A stretch of DNA of 64,000 nucleotides from Mycoplasma sp. CAG:776 (GCA_000438195.1 FR903053.1:5757-69756); one strand, 5' to 3'. Positions 26,176 to 35,645 are shown, counted from the first letter of the stretch. Program-made: numbers and translations. The notes: generated by a model not told the origin, from the letters alone.

Positions 26176-27450
26176 ATGTTTGTAGATGAATTAACAATTA
26201 AAGTAGAAGCTGGTAAAGGTGGAGATGGTTGCACTTCTTTTCGCCGTGAATGGTGTGTTCCTATGGGAGGACCTGATGGAGGAAATGGTGGGAAAGGAGC
26301 TAGTATCATCTTTCAAATAGATAAAGGACTTAAAACTTTAATTGATCTTCGTTATATGAAGATTATTAAAGGGAAAAAAGGAGAAAACGGTAAGGGGTCG
26401 AATCGTAATGGTGCTAATGCTGAGGACATTATTATAAAAGTTCCTGAAGGAACAACAGTAGTTGATTTAGATACTAATTTGGTTATTGCTGATTTAGTTG
26501 GAGAAAATAAGGAAGTTGTTGTTGCGAAAGGTGGAAGAGGCGGAAGAGGAAATACTGCTTTTCGTACCCAGACAGATACAGCTCCTAAATTTAGTGAACT
26601 TGGAGAGCCAGGAGAGATCAGAACTTTAAAAGTTGAACTTAAAATGATTGCTGATGTTGGTTTAGTTGGCCTTCCTAGTGTTGGTAAGTCTACGATTTTA
26701 TCCAAGATTAGTGCTGCTACTCCTAAAATTGCTAGTTATCATTTTACAACTTTGTCTCCTAATTTAGGTGTTGTAAAGCTAAAAGATACTAGAAGTTTTG
26801 TTATGGCTGATCTTCCTGGATTAATTGAAGGAGCGAGTGAAGGAGTTGGCCTTGGTCATAAGTTTTTGAGACATGCAATGCGGACAAAAATTTTGGCTCA
26901 TGTAGTGGATATGGGAGCTGAAGAAGGTCGTGATCCTATTAATGATTATAAAATTATTCGTGATGAGATAGAGGCTTATAATGAAAAGTTAGCTCACAAA
27001 AAAGAAATTGTAATTGCGAATAAAATGGATTTAGAACAAGCTTCTCATAATTTAGATGAGTTTAAAAAAGCTTATCCTAATGTTTTCGTTATTGAAGTTA
27101 GTTCGGTTACAAATACAGGTTTTGATACCCTTATGAAAACTTTAGCTGACATGCTTGATACGATTAGCAATGATCCTTTATATGAGGAAGAAGAATTGAT
27201 GGGACATGTTATTTATAAATTTCAAAATGAAAGACCTTTTACAATTACTAAAATAGATGATGTTTGGCTATTAGAAGGTCAAGAGTTAGAAAAGCTATTT
27301 AAAATGACAAGATTTGATGAAGATGAAGCTGTAATGCGTTTTGCTCGTAGACTAAAAGGAATGGGTGTAGAAGAAGAATTAGAAAGACTTGGAGCAAAAT
27401 CTGGGGATGAAGTACAAATTTGTGATTATATTTTTGAGTTTAAAGAATAA
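26176..27450 (+). CDS. obg: GTPase ObgE/CgtA
   Basis: MFVDE...GGDGCTSFRRE Obg fold, G1 GLPSVGKST, DLPGLIEGA, NKMD, C-terminal OCT domain. Confidence 0.95.
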   Translation: MFVDELTIKVEAGKGGDGCTSFRREWCVPMGGPDGGNGGKGASIIFQIDKGLKTLIDLRYMKIIKGKKGENGKGSNRNGANAEDIIIKVPEGTTVVDLDTNLVIADLVGENKEVVVAKGGRGGRGNTAFRTQTDTAPKFSELGEPGEIRTLKVELKMIADVGLVGLPSVGKSTILSKISAATPKIASYHFTTLSPNLGVVKLKDTRSFVMADLPGLIEGASEGVGLGHKFLRHAMRTKILAHVVDMGAEEGRDPINDYKIIRDEIEAYNEKLAHKKEIVIANKMDLEQASHNLDEFKKAYPNVFVIEVSSVTNTGFDTLMKTLADMLDTISNDPLYEEEELMGHVIYKFQNERPFTITKIDDVWLLEGQELEKLFKMTRFDEDEAVMRFARRLKGMGVEEELERLGAKSGDEVQICDYIFEFKE

Positions 27451-27454
27451 AAAA

Positions 27455-27485
27455 TAGAGCTTGTAATGGCTCTGTTTTATTTTCT
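27455..27485. terminator. Bidirectional terminator shared by obg and the convergent minus-strand frame
   Basis: TAGAGC-8 nt-GCTCTG hairpin flanked by an A-run upstream and TTTTATTTT downstream. Confidence 0.5.
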
Positions 27486-28010
27486 GGAATTTTTATTTAG
27501 CAATTGCTCTTTTTTTTGTTGTAATAGTACATATATATCTAATTCATCTGTATTAAATTCAGTTTGAAGATATTTTAATAAAGTAGCATTTCCTTTTAAT
27601 AAAGAGGAGGTTTCCCAATTTTCTAAATTAGCAAATAGGTACTTTAGAGTTTCTTCAATATCTGAGGAAGAATTACTTTCTGGATTACGTTTTCTTTGTT
27701 TTTGAATTAATTGCTCTGTATAATTACTAGTACGCCTTGCAGGTAATTCATCTCGTAATATAAGTTCTTGTATTATTGATTTAGTTTCTGGATCTTTGCA
27801 TGTTATTATTTTTCTTTTGTTTTTATATATTCAGTCGTTTATTTTAATTGATTCATAATTTATTTCAAATAAATAAGAAAATAAGAAAGGAAAAGCTAGT
27901 GAAGGAATGGGTTTGCCAGAATATAATGCATTATGAATACAATTTGCTTTTCTGTATAATTCTTGTTTCTTTTGGTTAATCTCAATAATTTCTTGACTAA
28001 AATTTGACAT
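27477..28010 (-). pseudogene. Unlisted 177-codon hypothetical reading frame interrupted by one in-frame TGA
   Basis: ATG 28010 is 8 nt after AAGGAG, followed by 59 sense codons, TGA at 27831-27833, then 117 more sense codons to the TAA at 27477-27479. All were checked codon by codon. Confidence 0.55.
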
Positions 28011-28125
28011 TTATATTTCTCCTTTAAAATAATTGTATTATATCAGATACGTATTTTTATTACAATGGGTGATTTGCTTTTTTCTTTAAAATATGTTAGT
28101 ATACATCTAAATTAAGGGGGATATT

Positions 28126-29166
28126 ATGAAATTATCAGTAATAGTTCCAGTTTATAATTGTGAACAATATTTGGTAAGATGTTTTGATCATTTAATTCAC
28201 TCTGAAGTTCAAGTGATTATAGTTAATGATGGCTCTACTGATGGTTCTAAGGGGATTATTGATTCTTATTGTCAGAAATATTTTAATTTTATGGCTATTC
28301 ATACAGAAAATCAAGGTGCTGTAAAAGCTAGATCAGAAGGATTAAAGCATGTTCAAACAGAGTATTTTACTTTTGTTGATAGTGATGATTATTGTGACAT
28401 TCAAGCTTTAGTTTCTTTATGTGATTTTATGAGTGCTAGAAATGTTTTTGTTGGTAATGGTAGAAGTACTGTATATTTGAGTGGAATACCTTTTCCTTTC
28501 CATAGTAGAAAATGGAATAAAACTTTTATTAATTTTAAAGAAGATAAGAGGGATTTTACTAATACAACTTGTACATTATGGGGAAAAGTATTTCATTATG
28601 ATTTAAGAGATTATTTTATTAGTGATTCTTCTCATATTGTTTATGAAGATATGGAAATGGTTTATCCGGTTTTAGCTAAGTCAGAAAAAATGATTCATAC
28701 TAATCAGTTATTGTATTCTTATTGTATGAGAAGTTCTAGTACATCAGCTTTAGGTTTATCTATGAATAGCAGTAAAGGTTTAGAAGGTTTATTATCGGCT
28801 ATTGTAACGATGCAAAAACGTTTTCAAGATTTGGGATTATATGAAGAATATCAATTAGAGCTCGATTCCATTGCTATTAAATTAATTTATCAAAGAATGA
28901 ATTCAATACTAAGAAATCCTAATATTATTAATAAAAGAGAGATGATGGAATTAGTTCTTCATGTTTTAGATTCATTTATTCCAAATTGGAGAAATAATCC
29001 ATATTATTTAGAGAAATTTAAAGAAAGTGAATATAATGATTATATTTTTTATAAGACAACAGAATTGGCTTTGTATGTTTTGCAAATAAAATCACATGAA
29101 GTAGAACAAGATTATAGAACTTTATTACAAACTTATAATTTGAAGTTGGAATTAAAAAAGAATTAG
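28126..29166 (+). CDS. Glycosyltransferase family 2
   Basis: LSVIVPVYNCEQYL...IIVNDGSTDGS...FVDSDD motifs. Confidence 0.85.
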   Translation: MKLSVIVPVYNCEQYLVRCFDHLIHSEVQVIIVNDGSTDGSKGIIDSYCQKYFNFMAIHTENQGAVKARSEGLKHVQTEYFTFVDSDDYCDIQALVSLCDFMSARNVFVGNGRSTVYLSGIPFPFHSRKWNKTFINFKEDKRDFTNTTCTLWGKVFHYDLRDYFISDSSHIVYEDMEMVYPVLAKSEKMIHTNQLLYSYCMRSSSTSALGLSMNSSKGLEGLLSAIVTMQKRFQDLGLYEEYQLELDSIAIKLIYQRMNSILRNPNIINKREMMELVLHVLDSFIPNWRNNPYYLEKFKESEYNDYIFYKTTELALYVLQIKSHEVEQDYRTLLQTYNLKLELKKN

Positions 29167-29492
29167 TTGTTTTCAAAAATGAGAATCGTACCAATTCTTA
29201 TTTTTTTAGTACTATTTTGAGGCATTTCTAAAATACTGGTGTTTTTTCTTTCATTATTTATTTTAATTACTTTATTTTTAGAGAGATTTTCGTATTTATA
29301 GATTACTTCGTTATTTTCATCTAATCCTATAATATCGATATTTTCTTTCATGAAAAAAGTGTGAACGGAATTGCACTTTGGAAAAAGCATTCCATAATTA
29401 ATATTTTCTTTGCCCATAAGTCCAAATAATCTTTTGAAGAATGATTTAGCAGTTATGATTTTGTATTTTGTTTTATTGGTATTTAAATACAT
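29163..29492 (-). CDS. DUF192 (COG1430)-like small protein
   Basis: FFKRLFGLMGK...GMLFPKCNSVHTFFM pattern. Confidence 0.6.
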   Translation of the reverse strand: MYLNTNKTKYKIITAKSFFKRLFGLMGKENINYGMLFPKCNSVHTFFMKENIDIIGLDENNEVIYKYENLSKNKVIKINNERKNTSILEMPQNSTKKIRIGTILIFENN

Positions 29493-29905
29493 GAAGTATC
29501 ACCTAATAAATTATATCATAAATTGATAAAAATTATTCATTTGTGTTTATAATAAGTGATTGATAATTATTTGGTTTCATATCTTGAATTAGTTAGTAAA
29601 ATATATAATACTTAAATTAATAGAGTATTAGGTCTGCCTACTTTTGGTTGTAGATATTAACTGTTATATTGTTTTTAACAATAATAGTTGATGCCTTTTT
29701 TGGTTGAAGCCAATTTATAAATTTGGGTAAATTGTACCTCACTAACTAAAAAATACGCCTTTCTATGTTTTCCAAAACCCTTAAGTAAAGTAGGTAAAGC
29801 TCAAAACTTTGTTATGAAGGCAAATGGAGAAATAATCAAGAAAAAACGTTCAACAATTTTCGCAATATTTTTATAATTGTTTTTTTATTTTCTTTTTTAA
29901 TAAAA

Positions 29906-29934
29906 TTGACTTTTGTAGGAATTTATTATATCAT
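29906..29934 (+). promoter_or_regulatory. Promoter candidate for the flp/tad operon
   Basis: TTGACT - 17 nt - TATCAT, 24 nt upstream of the flp ATG. Confidence 0.4.
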
Positions 29935-29957
29935 TATTATGATAAGGGTGGAAAGTT

Positions 29958-30176
29958 ATGAATAGAAGAGGCCAGGCTTTAGTCGAATATATTCTAATCA
30001 TTGCTCTAATAAGTGTTATTGCAATTGCACTTGTTAATTATTTTGGTGGCTATTTAAAAGACGCTATTACCAAAACTTCTTGTAGTTTGGTAGATGAAGA
30101 GTATGTTAAAGGTGAGAAGCCTGGTGATGGGTATTGTAAGGGGGACGAAGATACCGAAGAAAGTAACGAATCCTAA
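29958..30176 (+). CDS. flp: Flp-family type IVb prepilin
   Basis: MNRRG/QALVEYILIIALISVIAIAL: short basic leader, Gly, then the xxxEY motif and a hydrophobic helix. Confidence 0.8.
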   Translation: MNRRGQALVEYILIIALISVIAIALVNYFGGYLKDAITKTSCSLVDEEYVKGEKPGDGYCKGDEDTEESNES

Positions 30177-30189
30177 GGAGTTGACTAGC

Positions 30190-30522
30190 ATGAATAAAAA
30201 GGGACAAGCATTAGTGGAATTTGTCATTATTTTGCCTATTTTTCTATTACTTGTTCTAGGGGTTATAGATATTGGTCAAATACTTTATAATCGTACTAAA
30301 CTTGAAGGAGTTATTACAGATGTCATTTCTATGTATGAAAAAGGGATTTCTATTTCAGATATAAAAGAAGAAGTGGAGCCTTTGGAGCTGAAAATGGAGG
30401 AAGATGGTGATTATCTTTTATTTCATTTAGTTAAAGAAGTAGATATTATTACTCCAGGATTGAATTTTATTTTGGATGATCCTTATCAAATAGAAGTTAG
30501 TAGGAGTATTTATAATGAATAA
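30190..30522 (+). CDS. TadE-like pseudopilin
   Basis: MNKKGQALVEFVIILPIFLLLVLGVIDIG TadE N-terminal signature; ATG 30190 chosen over the listed 30094, which overlaps flp. Confidence 0.75.
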   Translation: MNKKGQALVEFVIILPIFLLLVLGVIDIGQILYNRTKLEGVITDVISMYEKGISISDIKEEVEPLELKMEEDGDYLLFHLVKEVDIITPGLNFILDDPYQIEVSRSIYNE

Positions 30523-30877
30523 AAAAGGTCAAACTTTGGTATTGTTTGTTATTATGATTCCTATTTTGCTGGGATTGGGAGCTTTTGTTGTAGATGTTAG
30601 CTTGGTTATTAGTAAAAATACCGAGTTGAAGGAAGTTAGTAAAACGATAATAAAAGATGTAATTGATCAGCCTACTCTCGAAAAAATAAATGATTTATTT
30701 ACGGAGAATGATATTCCCATTGATCAGTTAAAAGTACAAATAAATGATGGAAGAATTAGAATTCAAAATGAATATACGATTGATAGTATTTTTGGTGCTA
30801 TTATTGGAATTAAAAATTATGATATTAAAATAGATATTGTTGGTGTATGGCGTGATGGTAAAGTAATATTTGAATAA
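30515..30877 (+). CDS. TadE/TadG-like pseudopilin
   Basis: MNKKGQTLVLFVIMIPILLGLGAFVVDVSL; same leader as flp and the tadE-like gene. Confidence 0.7.
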   Translation: MNKKGQTLVLFVIMIPILLGLGAFVVDVSLVISKNTELKEVSKTIIKDVIDQPTLEKINDLFTENDIPIDQLKVQINDGRIRIQNEYTIDSIFGAIIGIKNYDIKIDIVGVWRDGKVIFE

Positions 30878-30892
30878 AAAGGAATGATTCAC

Positions 30893-31666
30893 ATGAATAA
30901 TAAGGGAACTAGTATTTGTGTATTTTCAGCTAAAGGTGGAGTTGGTAAGACAATTACAACCCTTAATTTAGCAGGAATTTTTGAAATGCTTAAAAAAAAG
31001 GTTTTAATTATCGATTTTGATTTATCTGGTGGGGGAATTAGTGCAGCTTTAAATGTTCCTAATGGGAAAAGTAGTTATCATTTTGTAGATGATTATAATA
31101 ATAATCGTTATCAAGATTTTAAAAATTATGTCACAAAATATGATGATTTTATTGATGTTTTAGCCAGTCCTAAAGATCCTCGACAAGCTTTAAAAATGGA
31201 TCCAAAATATGTAGAGATTATCCTTGATAAAGCTGTATTTCATTATGATATTGTACTAATTGATACTACTCATAATTTGTCAGATTTTAATGTTCTTACT
31301 TTAGATTTAGTTGATTATATTTTATTTTTAGTTACGAATGATCCTTTAGACCTTAAGAATATGAGAAGCTTGATTTCAATTTTTAAGGATACTAATTTGC
31401 AGAATTATAAAGTTATATTAAATGAAAGTATTTTTCCTTTTAAGGGTTATTTTGGTATTTATGATATTAAAAATATTATAAAGGCTAATATTGATTATGT
31501 ATTATCTAAAGATTTTTATATTAAAAATATAGATAATTTTGTAATGAATGGTAAGATTATTACTTTAGATAAGAAAGCATCTAGTTTATTTGCAAAAGAT
31601 TATATGACTTTGATGGGTATTTGTACAGATTTATTTAAAGAAGGTGAAAAGCATGAAAACGCTTAG
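30893..31666 (+). CDS. TadZ/CpaE-like ParA/MinD-family ATPase
   Basis: Deviant Walker A SAKGGVGKT; ATG 30893 is 8 nt after AAGGAA. Confidence 0.75.
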   Translation: MNNKGTSICVFSAKGGVGKTITTLNLAGIFEMLKKKVLIIDFDLSGGGISAALNVPNGKSSYHFVDDYNNNRYQDFKNYVTKYDDFIDVLASPKDPRQALKMDPKYVEIILDKAVFHYDIVLIDTTHNLSDFNVLTLDLVDYILFLVTNDPLDLKNMRSLISIFKDTNLQNYKVILNESIFPFKGYFGIYDIKNIIKANIDYVLSKDFYIKNIDNFVMNGKIITLDKKASSLFAKDYMTLMGICTDLFKEGEKHENA

Positions 31667-32984
31667 AGATGCTTTTGATGTTAAAATAAAGCAAAAAAAA
31701 CAGGATATTTTAAATGATTATGATATATTTCCTGATAAAAAGCTATTAGATAAGCTTAGAACAGAGATTATTGAGAATTTAATTGATAATGAAATGCCTA
31801 GTAATATTAGTCTTACAGAATGGATTAATAATGAAATTGATAAAACTATTGAGGGTTATGATTTAACTAATTTAGAGCGAAGTCATTTATTTAATTTAAT
31901 TGATAATGAAATTAATGGTTTTGGTCCTATTTCAGAATTATTAGAAGATGATAATATTACAGAAATTATGATTAATTCGCCAGATGAGATTTATATTGAA
32001 ATTGATGGAGTATTAGTAAAAGATGAAAGTGTTTCGTTTATTAATGATGATCATATTATTAGAACAGTTCAAAGACTTATTGAACCGATGGGAAGAACGA
32101 TTGATGCTACAAATCCGATGGTCGATTCTAGACTTTTAGATGGTTCAAGAATCAATGCAGTTATTCCACCTCTTTCTACTAAAGGGCCGGTTGTGACGAT
32201 TCGCAAATTTAAAGAAAGTATGACAAATATTGATGAACTTATTCGTATTGGTTCATTGACGCCTTATATGGCAAGATTTTTAGATGCGGCAGTAAGAGGA
32301 AAATTAAATATAATTGTATGTGGTGGAACTGGTAGTGGAAAAACCACTCTTTTAAACATATTAAGTGGATTTATTCAAGATAATGAACGAATTATTACTA
32401 TTGAAGATGCAGCAGAATTAAAGTTAAATCAGTCTCATGTAATATCTCTAGAAACTAGAACGATGAATTATGAAGCATCTGGTGAAATTACCATAAGAGA
32501 TTTGGTCATTAATTCTCTTAGAATGAGACCTGATCGAATTATTGTTGGTGAAGTTAGAGGAAAAGAAGCTTTTGATATGTTACAAGCGATGAATACAGGT
32601 CATGATGGTTCACTAACTACTTTACATGCTAATAGTCCAATGGATGCTTTAAATAGATTAGAGACTATGGTTTTAATGAGTGATGTTGATGTTCCTATTA
32701 AGGCTGTTAGAGAATATATTGTGAGCGCTATTGATTTAATTGCTAATATTGAAAGAATGAGCGATGGTAGAAGAAAAGTTACTAGTATTTGTGAACTTGA
32801 AAATTTTACAGATGGAGAGATTAAATTAAATGAAATTTTTGCTTTTAAACAAAAAGGGCTTACAGAACATGGAGAAGTTGATGGGGAATATATTTTGTAT
32901 GAAAGAATTCCTAAAGTTTATAAAAAAATTAAAGCTAGAGGTATTCAAGATTTAGATGATATTTTTGAAGTGAAAGAAAATTAG
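31653..32984 (+). CDS. tadA: TadA/CpaF secretion ATPase (T2SS/T4P family)
   Basis: Walker [10 protein letters not shown], Asp box ITIEDAAEL, Walker [10 protein letters not shown], His box [13 protein letters not shown]. Confidence 0.9.
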   Translation: MKTLRDAFDVKIKQKKQDILNDYDIFPDKKLLDKLRTEIIENLIDNEMPSNISLTEWINNEIDKTIEGYDLTNLERSHLFNLIDNEINGFGPISELLEDDNITEIMINSPDEIYIEIDGVLVKDESVSFINDDHIIRTVQRLIEPMGRTIDATNPMVDSRLLDGSRINAVIPPLSTKGPVVTIRKFKESMTNIDELIRIGSLTPYMARFLDAAVRGKLNIIVCGGTGSGKTTLLNILSGFIQDNERIITIEDAAELKLNQSHVISLETRTMNYEASGEITIRDLVINSLRMRPDRIIVGEVRGKEAFDMLQAMNTGHDGSLTTLHANSPMDALNRLETMVLMSDVDVPIKAVREYIVSAIDLIANIERMSDGRRKVTSICELENFTDGEIKLNEIFAFKQKGLTEHGEVDGEYILYERIPKVYKKIKARGIQDLDDIFEVKEN

Positions 32985-32995
32985 AGAGGTGAATT

Positions 32996-33991
32996 ATGGA
33001 CGGAGTTAGATTTTTACAAATAATTTTAATATTAATCCCTTTTTTGGTAGCAATTTATCTGCTTCGTCTTTCAAAGACTCTTAGCTTAGAAAAAAGATTA
33101 GCAGACTTTGCTATTACATCTCATAAAGATTATGAAATTTCTTTTTTTGATAAGATGAATTATTATGTTTGGAAATTTATTCGAAGATTATCTAAATTAT
33201 TAAAAAAGTCAGTTGTTTTAAGGAATTATGGGGAGAAATATAATAAGTTTATTTCTTTTGAAGCCCGTGATAGAAAAGATGGTATTGATTATGTTACTTT
33301 TAAATTTGTTTATTGTTTTATTGTTTTAATTTTGGGTATTATTAGTCTTATTATTCATTATCATGACTTTGATGGAATGATTTTGCTTGTTATTCTTATT
33401 ATTACCTTTTTTGTTCCAGACATCTATCTTAATATTACTTTTAATAAGAAAAGAAAAAGAATAGAAGAAGATTTATTAAAAGCTATTATTATTATGAATA
33501 ATGCTTTTGGTAGTGGGAAGAATATTATGCAAGCTATTCAAATTGTTAAAACAGAATTAGATGGTCCTATTCAAGATGAATTTGAAAAAATTTATTTAGA
33601 TATTACTTATGGCCTTAGTTTAGATGTGGTCTTTAATCGTTTCTATGAAAGAGTTAAATTAGAAGATGCTAAATATATTACTTCCTCTTTAACTCTTTTA
33701 AATAAAACGGGAGGAGATATTATACGAGTATTTTCAAGACTTGAAAAGTCTATTTTGGATAAGAAGAATTTACGAAATGAACTTACTAGTTTGACTAGTT
33801 CTAGTCGTTTTGTATTTCGTTTTCTAGCTTTTTTACCTTTTATTTTTATGTTTATTATTTTTGTTCTTAATCCTAAATATTTTAATCCTCTTTTTTCTTC
33901 TTCTATAGGAATTATGGTTTTAATTTTAATTACTGCTTTATATCTTCTTTATATTTGGATTATTAAAAGAGTTTTAGAGGTGAAGATATGA
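32996..33991 (+). CDS. tadB: TadB-like T2SS-F domain membrane protein
   Basis: N-terminal TM, cytoplasmic T2SSF-like helical domain, C-terminal TM pair. Confidence 0.7.
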   Translation: MDGVRFLQIILILIPFLVAIYLLRLSKTLSLEKRLADFAITSHKDYEISFFDKMNYYVWKFIRRLSKLLKKSVVLRNYGEKYNKFISFEARDRKDGIDYVTFKFVYCFIVLILGIISLIIHYHDFDGMILLVILIITFFVPDIYLNITFNKKRKRIEEDLLKAIIIMNNAFGSGKNIMQAIQIVKTELDGPIQDEFEKIYLDITYGLSLDVVFNRFYERVKLEDAKYITSSLTLLNKTGGDIIRVFSRLEKSILDKKNLRNELTSLTSSSRFVFRFLAFLPFIFMFIIFVLNPKYFNPLFSSSIGIMVLILITALYLLYIWIIKRVLEVKI

Positions 33992-34686
33992 GAGATAGTG
34001 TTTTTGCTAAAATTTATCCTAAAAAAACTATTGATAGAGTAGAAGCTAAAATTAGATTATTAGGTGTAAATAATCATTATAATCTATTTATGCTTTTAAA
34101 TTTTAGAGTACTTATTTCTTTGATTTTATTTGTATTATTTCTTTTAATATCGAATATTGGTTATATTTTAGCTCCTATTATTGCTATTTTATTTTATTAT
34201 TTTAGTGAAATGGTTTTATTAGATTATCCAATTAAAAAACGAGCTAAAAAATTAGAAAAAGAAGCTTTATTCTTTTTTGAAGTATTACTTCTTACTTTGG
34301 AAAGTGGAAGAAATTTAGGCCATGCTCTACAATTAACAACTCTCAATATTGATTCAGAATTATCTAGTGAATTTAAGAAAACTTTAGAGGAAGTAAAACT
34401 TGGTAAAAGCCTTAACGAGGCTTTAAATGATATGAAAAAAAGAATTCCTAGTGAAGCGATTAATAATGCTCTTTTAAATATGGTGGAATCAAATTTATTT
34501 GGAAATAGTATTTTAACTTCCATGAATAATCAAATTGATTTTTTAAGAGAAAAACAAATGCTTGATGTTAAATCAGAAATTAATAAGTTACCAACTAAGG
34601 TTAGTATTATTAGTGCTTTATTTTTTGTTCCTATTATGTTACTTATTATTTTAGCACCAGTTTTACTTGATTATATTTTAGGATAG
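33988..34686 (+). CDS. tadC: TadC-like T2SS-F domain membrane protein
   Basis: ATGA overlap with tadB; same architecture (LTLESGRNLGHAL..., C-terminal TM). Confidence 0.7.
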   Translation: MRDSVFAKIYPKKTIDRVEAKIRLLGVNNHYNLFMLLNFRVLISLILFVLFLLISNIGYILAPIIAILFYYFSEMVLLDYPIKKRAKKLEKEALFFFEVLLLTLESGRNLGHALQLTTLNIDSELSSEFKKTLEEVKLGKSLNEALNDMKKRIPSEAINNALLNMVESNLFGNSILTSMNNQIDFLREKQMLDVKSEINKLPTKVSIISALFFVPIMLLIILAPVLLDYILG

Positions 34687-34714
34687 CTTTATACTTTTAG
34701 TAGAGGTGGTATGT

Positions 34715-35140
34715 ATGGGTAAAGTTGCCAAAGATTATCTTCAAGAGTTAGAATTACAATATAAAGTATTAAGAGATCAATATTTAGTAGAACATCATTA
34801 TTGTGAAAAAGTTGTGAGTGAAGAAGCTAAAGAGGGATATATTTATGATCCTGGTGCTAGAGTTTATTATAGTTATGAGGCTATTAAAGGAAAAGAACCT
34901 GAGTTAGACAGAATAGTTGAATTGCAAATGAAAATTAATCGTTTTAAAAAGACATCTTCTATTGCGAATACTTTTAAAGTTTTAGCTATTATAGAAAGTG
35001 TTATCAGTGTTATTGCTTTTTTCTATTTTGGATATGGAGTTTCTTATTCTTTCAGTTTCTTTATTCTTTTTAGTGGTGTTATTTTATCTTTTATACTTTG
35101 GGGCATTGCTAAATTAGCAGAAGTTTTAAGAAATAAATGA
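34715..35140 (+). CDS. Hypothetical protein with a C-terminal double TM, last gene of the tad cluster
   Basis: ATG 34715 follows AGAGGTGG; soluble ~90 aa followed by 2 TM helices. Confidence 0.45.
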   Translation: MGKVAKDYLQELELQYKVLRDQYLVEHHYCEKVVSEEAKEGYIYDPGARVYYSYEAIKGKEPELDRIVELQMKINRFKKTSSIANTFKVLAIIESVISVIAFFYFGYGVSYSFSFFILFSGVILSFILWGIAKLAEVLRNK

Positions 35141-35156
35141 TATATGGGAGTATTAT

Positions 35157-35645
35157 ATGGAAGAGAAAGTTGTTTTAATTGATTATGATGAAATATATGC
35201 TGATGAAATTGATGAGATTGAAAGACAAGAATGGGGTGTTAATGGTGAAAGTATACGGGAAGAAATAAGTGATAATTTAGTTATTAAATTAGCAAAATAT
35301 CAAGAGAAGATTGTTGGTTGTGCTTATGCTAAAGTAATTGGAGATTTATTTTACATTGAAGTTATTATTGTTAAACCGGAATATCAACATCAACATATCG
35401 GTTCTTTATTTATGGATTATTTTTTAGAATATGCTAAAGAACATAAGTTAGCTAATATGGTAGGTGAAGGGGTTTGTACCAATGGTCGCTTAAATATTGA
35501 GGGCATTATGAAAAAATATGGTTTTTTAGAAGTGTTTCGGGTTAAAAATTATTGGGGTGCTCGTTATCCAGAAGCTAGCTGTAAATCATGTGGCCAAAAA
35601 CCTTGTGTTTGTACGGGTGTTATTTTTGTTAAACATCTTTATTAA
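35157..35645 (+). CDS. GNAT-like acetyltransferase with a Cys-rich C-terminus
   Basis: IEVIIVKPEYQHQHIGSLF core; C-terminal CKSCGQKPCVC. Confidence 0.55.
   Translation: MEEKVVLIDYDEIYADEIDEIERQEWGVNGESIREEISDNLVIKLAKYQEKIVGCAYAKVIGDLFYIEVIIVKPEYQHQHIGSLFMDYFLEYAKEHKLANMVGEGVCTNGRLNIEGIMKKYGFLEVFRVKNYWGARYPEASCKSCGQKPCVCTGVIFVKHLY

Noticed and set aside
26352-26705. 117-aa minus-strand ORF inside obg
   Set aside because: It is a shadow ORF opposite the Gly-rich Obg fold (PPLPPFATT…). Obg on the plus strand is unambiguous.
27831-27833. TGA read as Trp (Mollicute-type genetic code 4)
   Set aside because: TGA terminates several well-supported genes here, for example the ABC ATPase at 9056-9058, ltaS at 19322-19324 and rlmN at 43892-43894. 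Conserved Trp residues in core genes are TGG, and no core gene is broken by TGA. The code is therefore standard, and this TGA is a lesion or a local recoding event.
29740-29840. Possible c-di-GMP riboswitch upstream of the pilus operon (GGCAAA- and GGTAAAGC-like strings)
   Set aside because: The fragments are in the wrong order and spacing for GEMM-I, and I could not build the required paired helices by hand. There is not enough support without a covariance-model search.
30094-30189. Longer N-terminal extension of the tadE-like ORF overlapping flp
   Set aside because: The conserved prepilin leader MNKKGQALVEF starts at 30190 and matches the leaders of the two neighbouring pilin genes. The extension overlaps flp by 83 nt.
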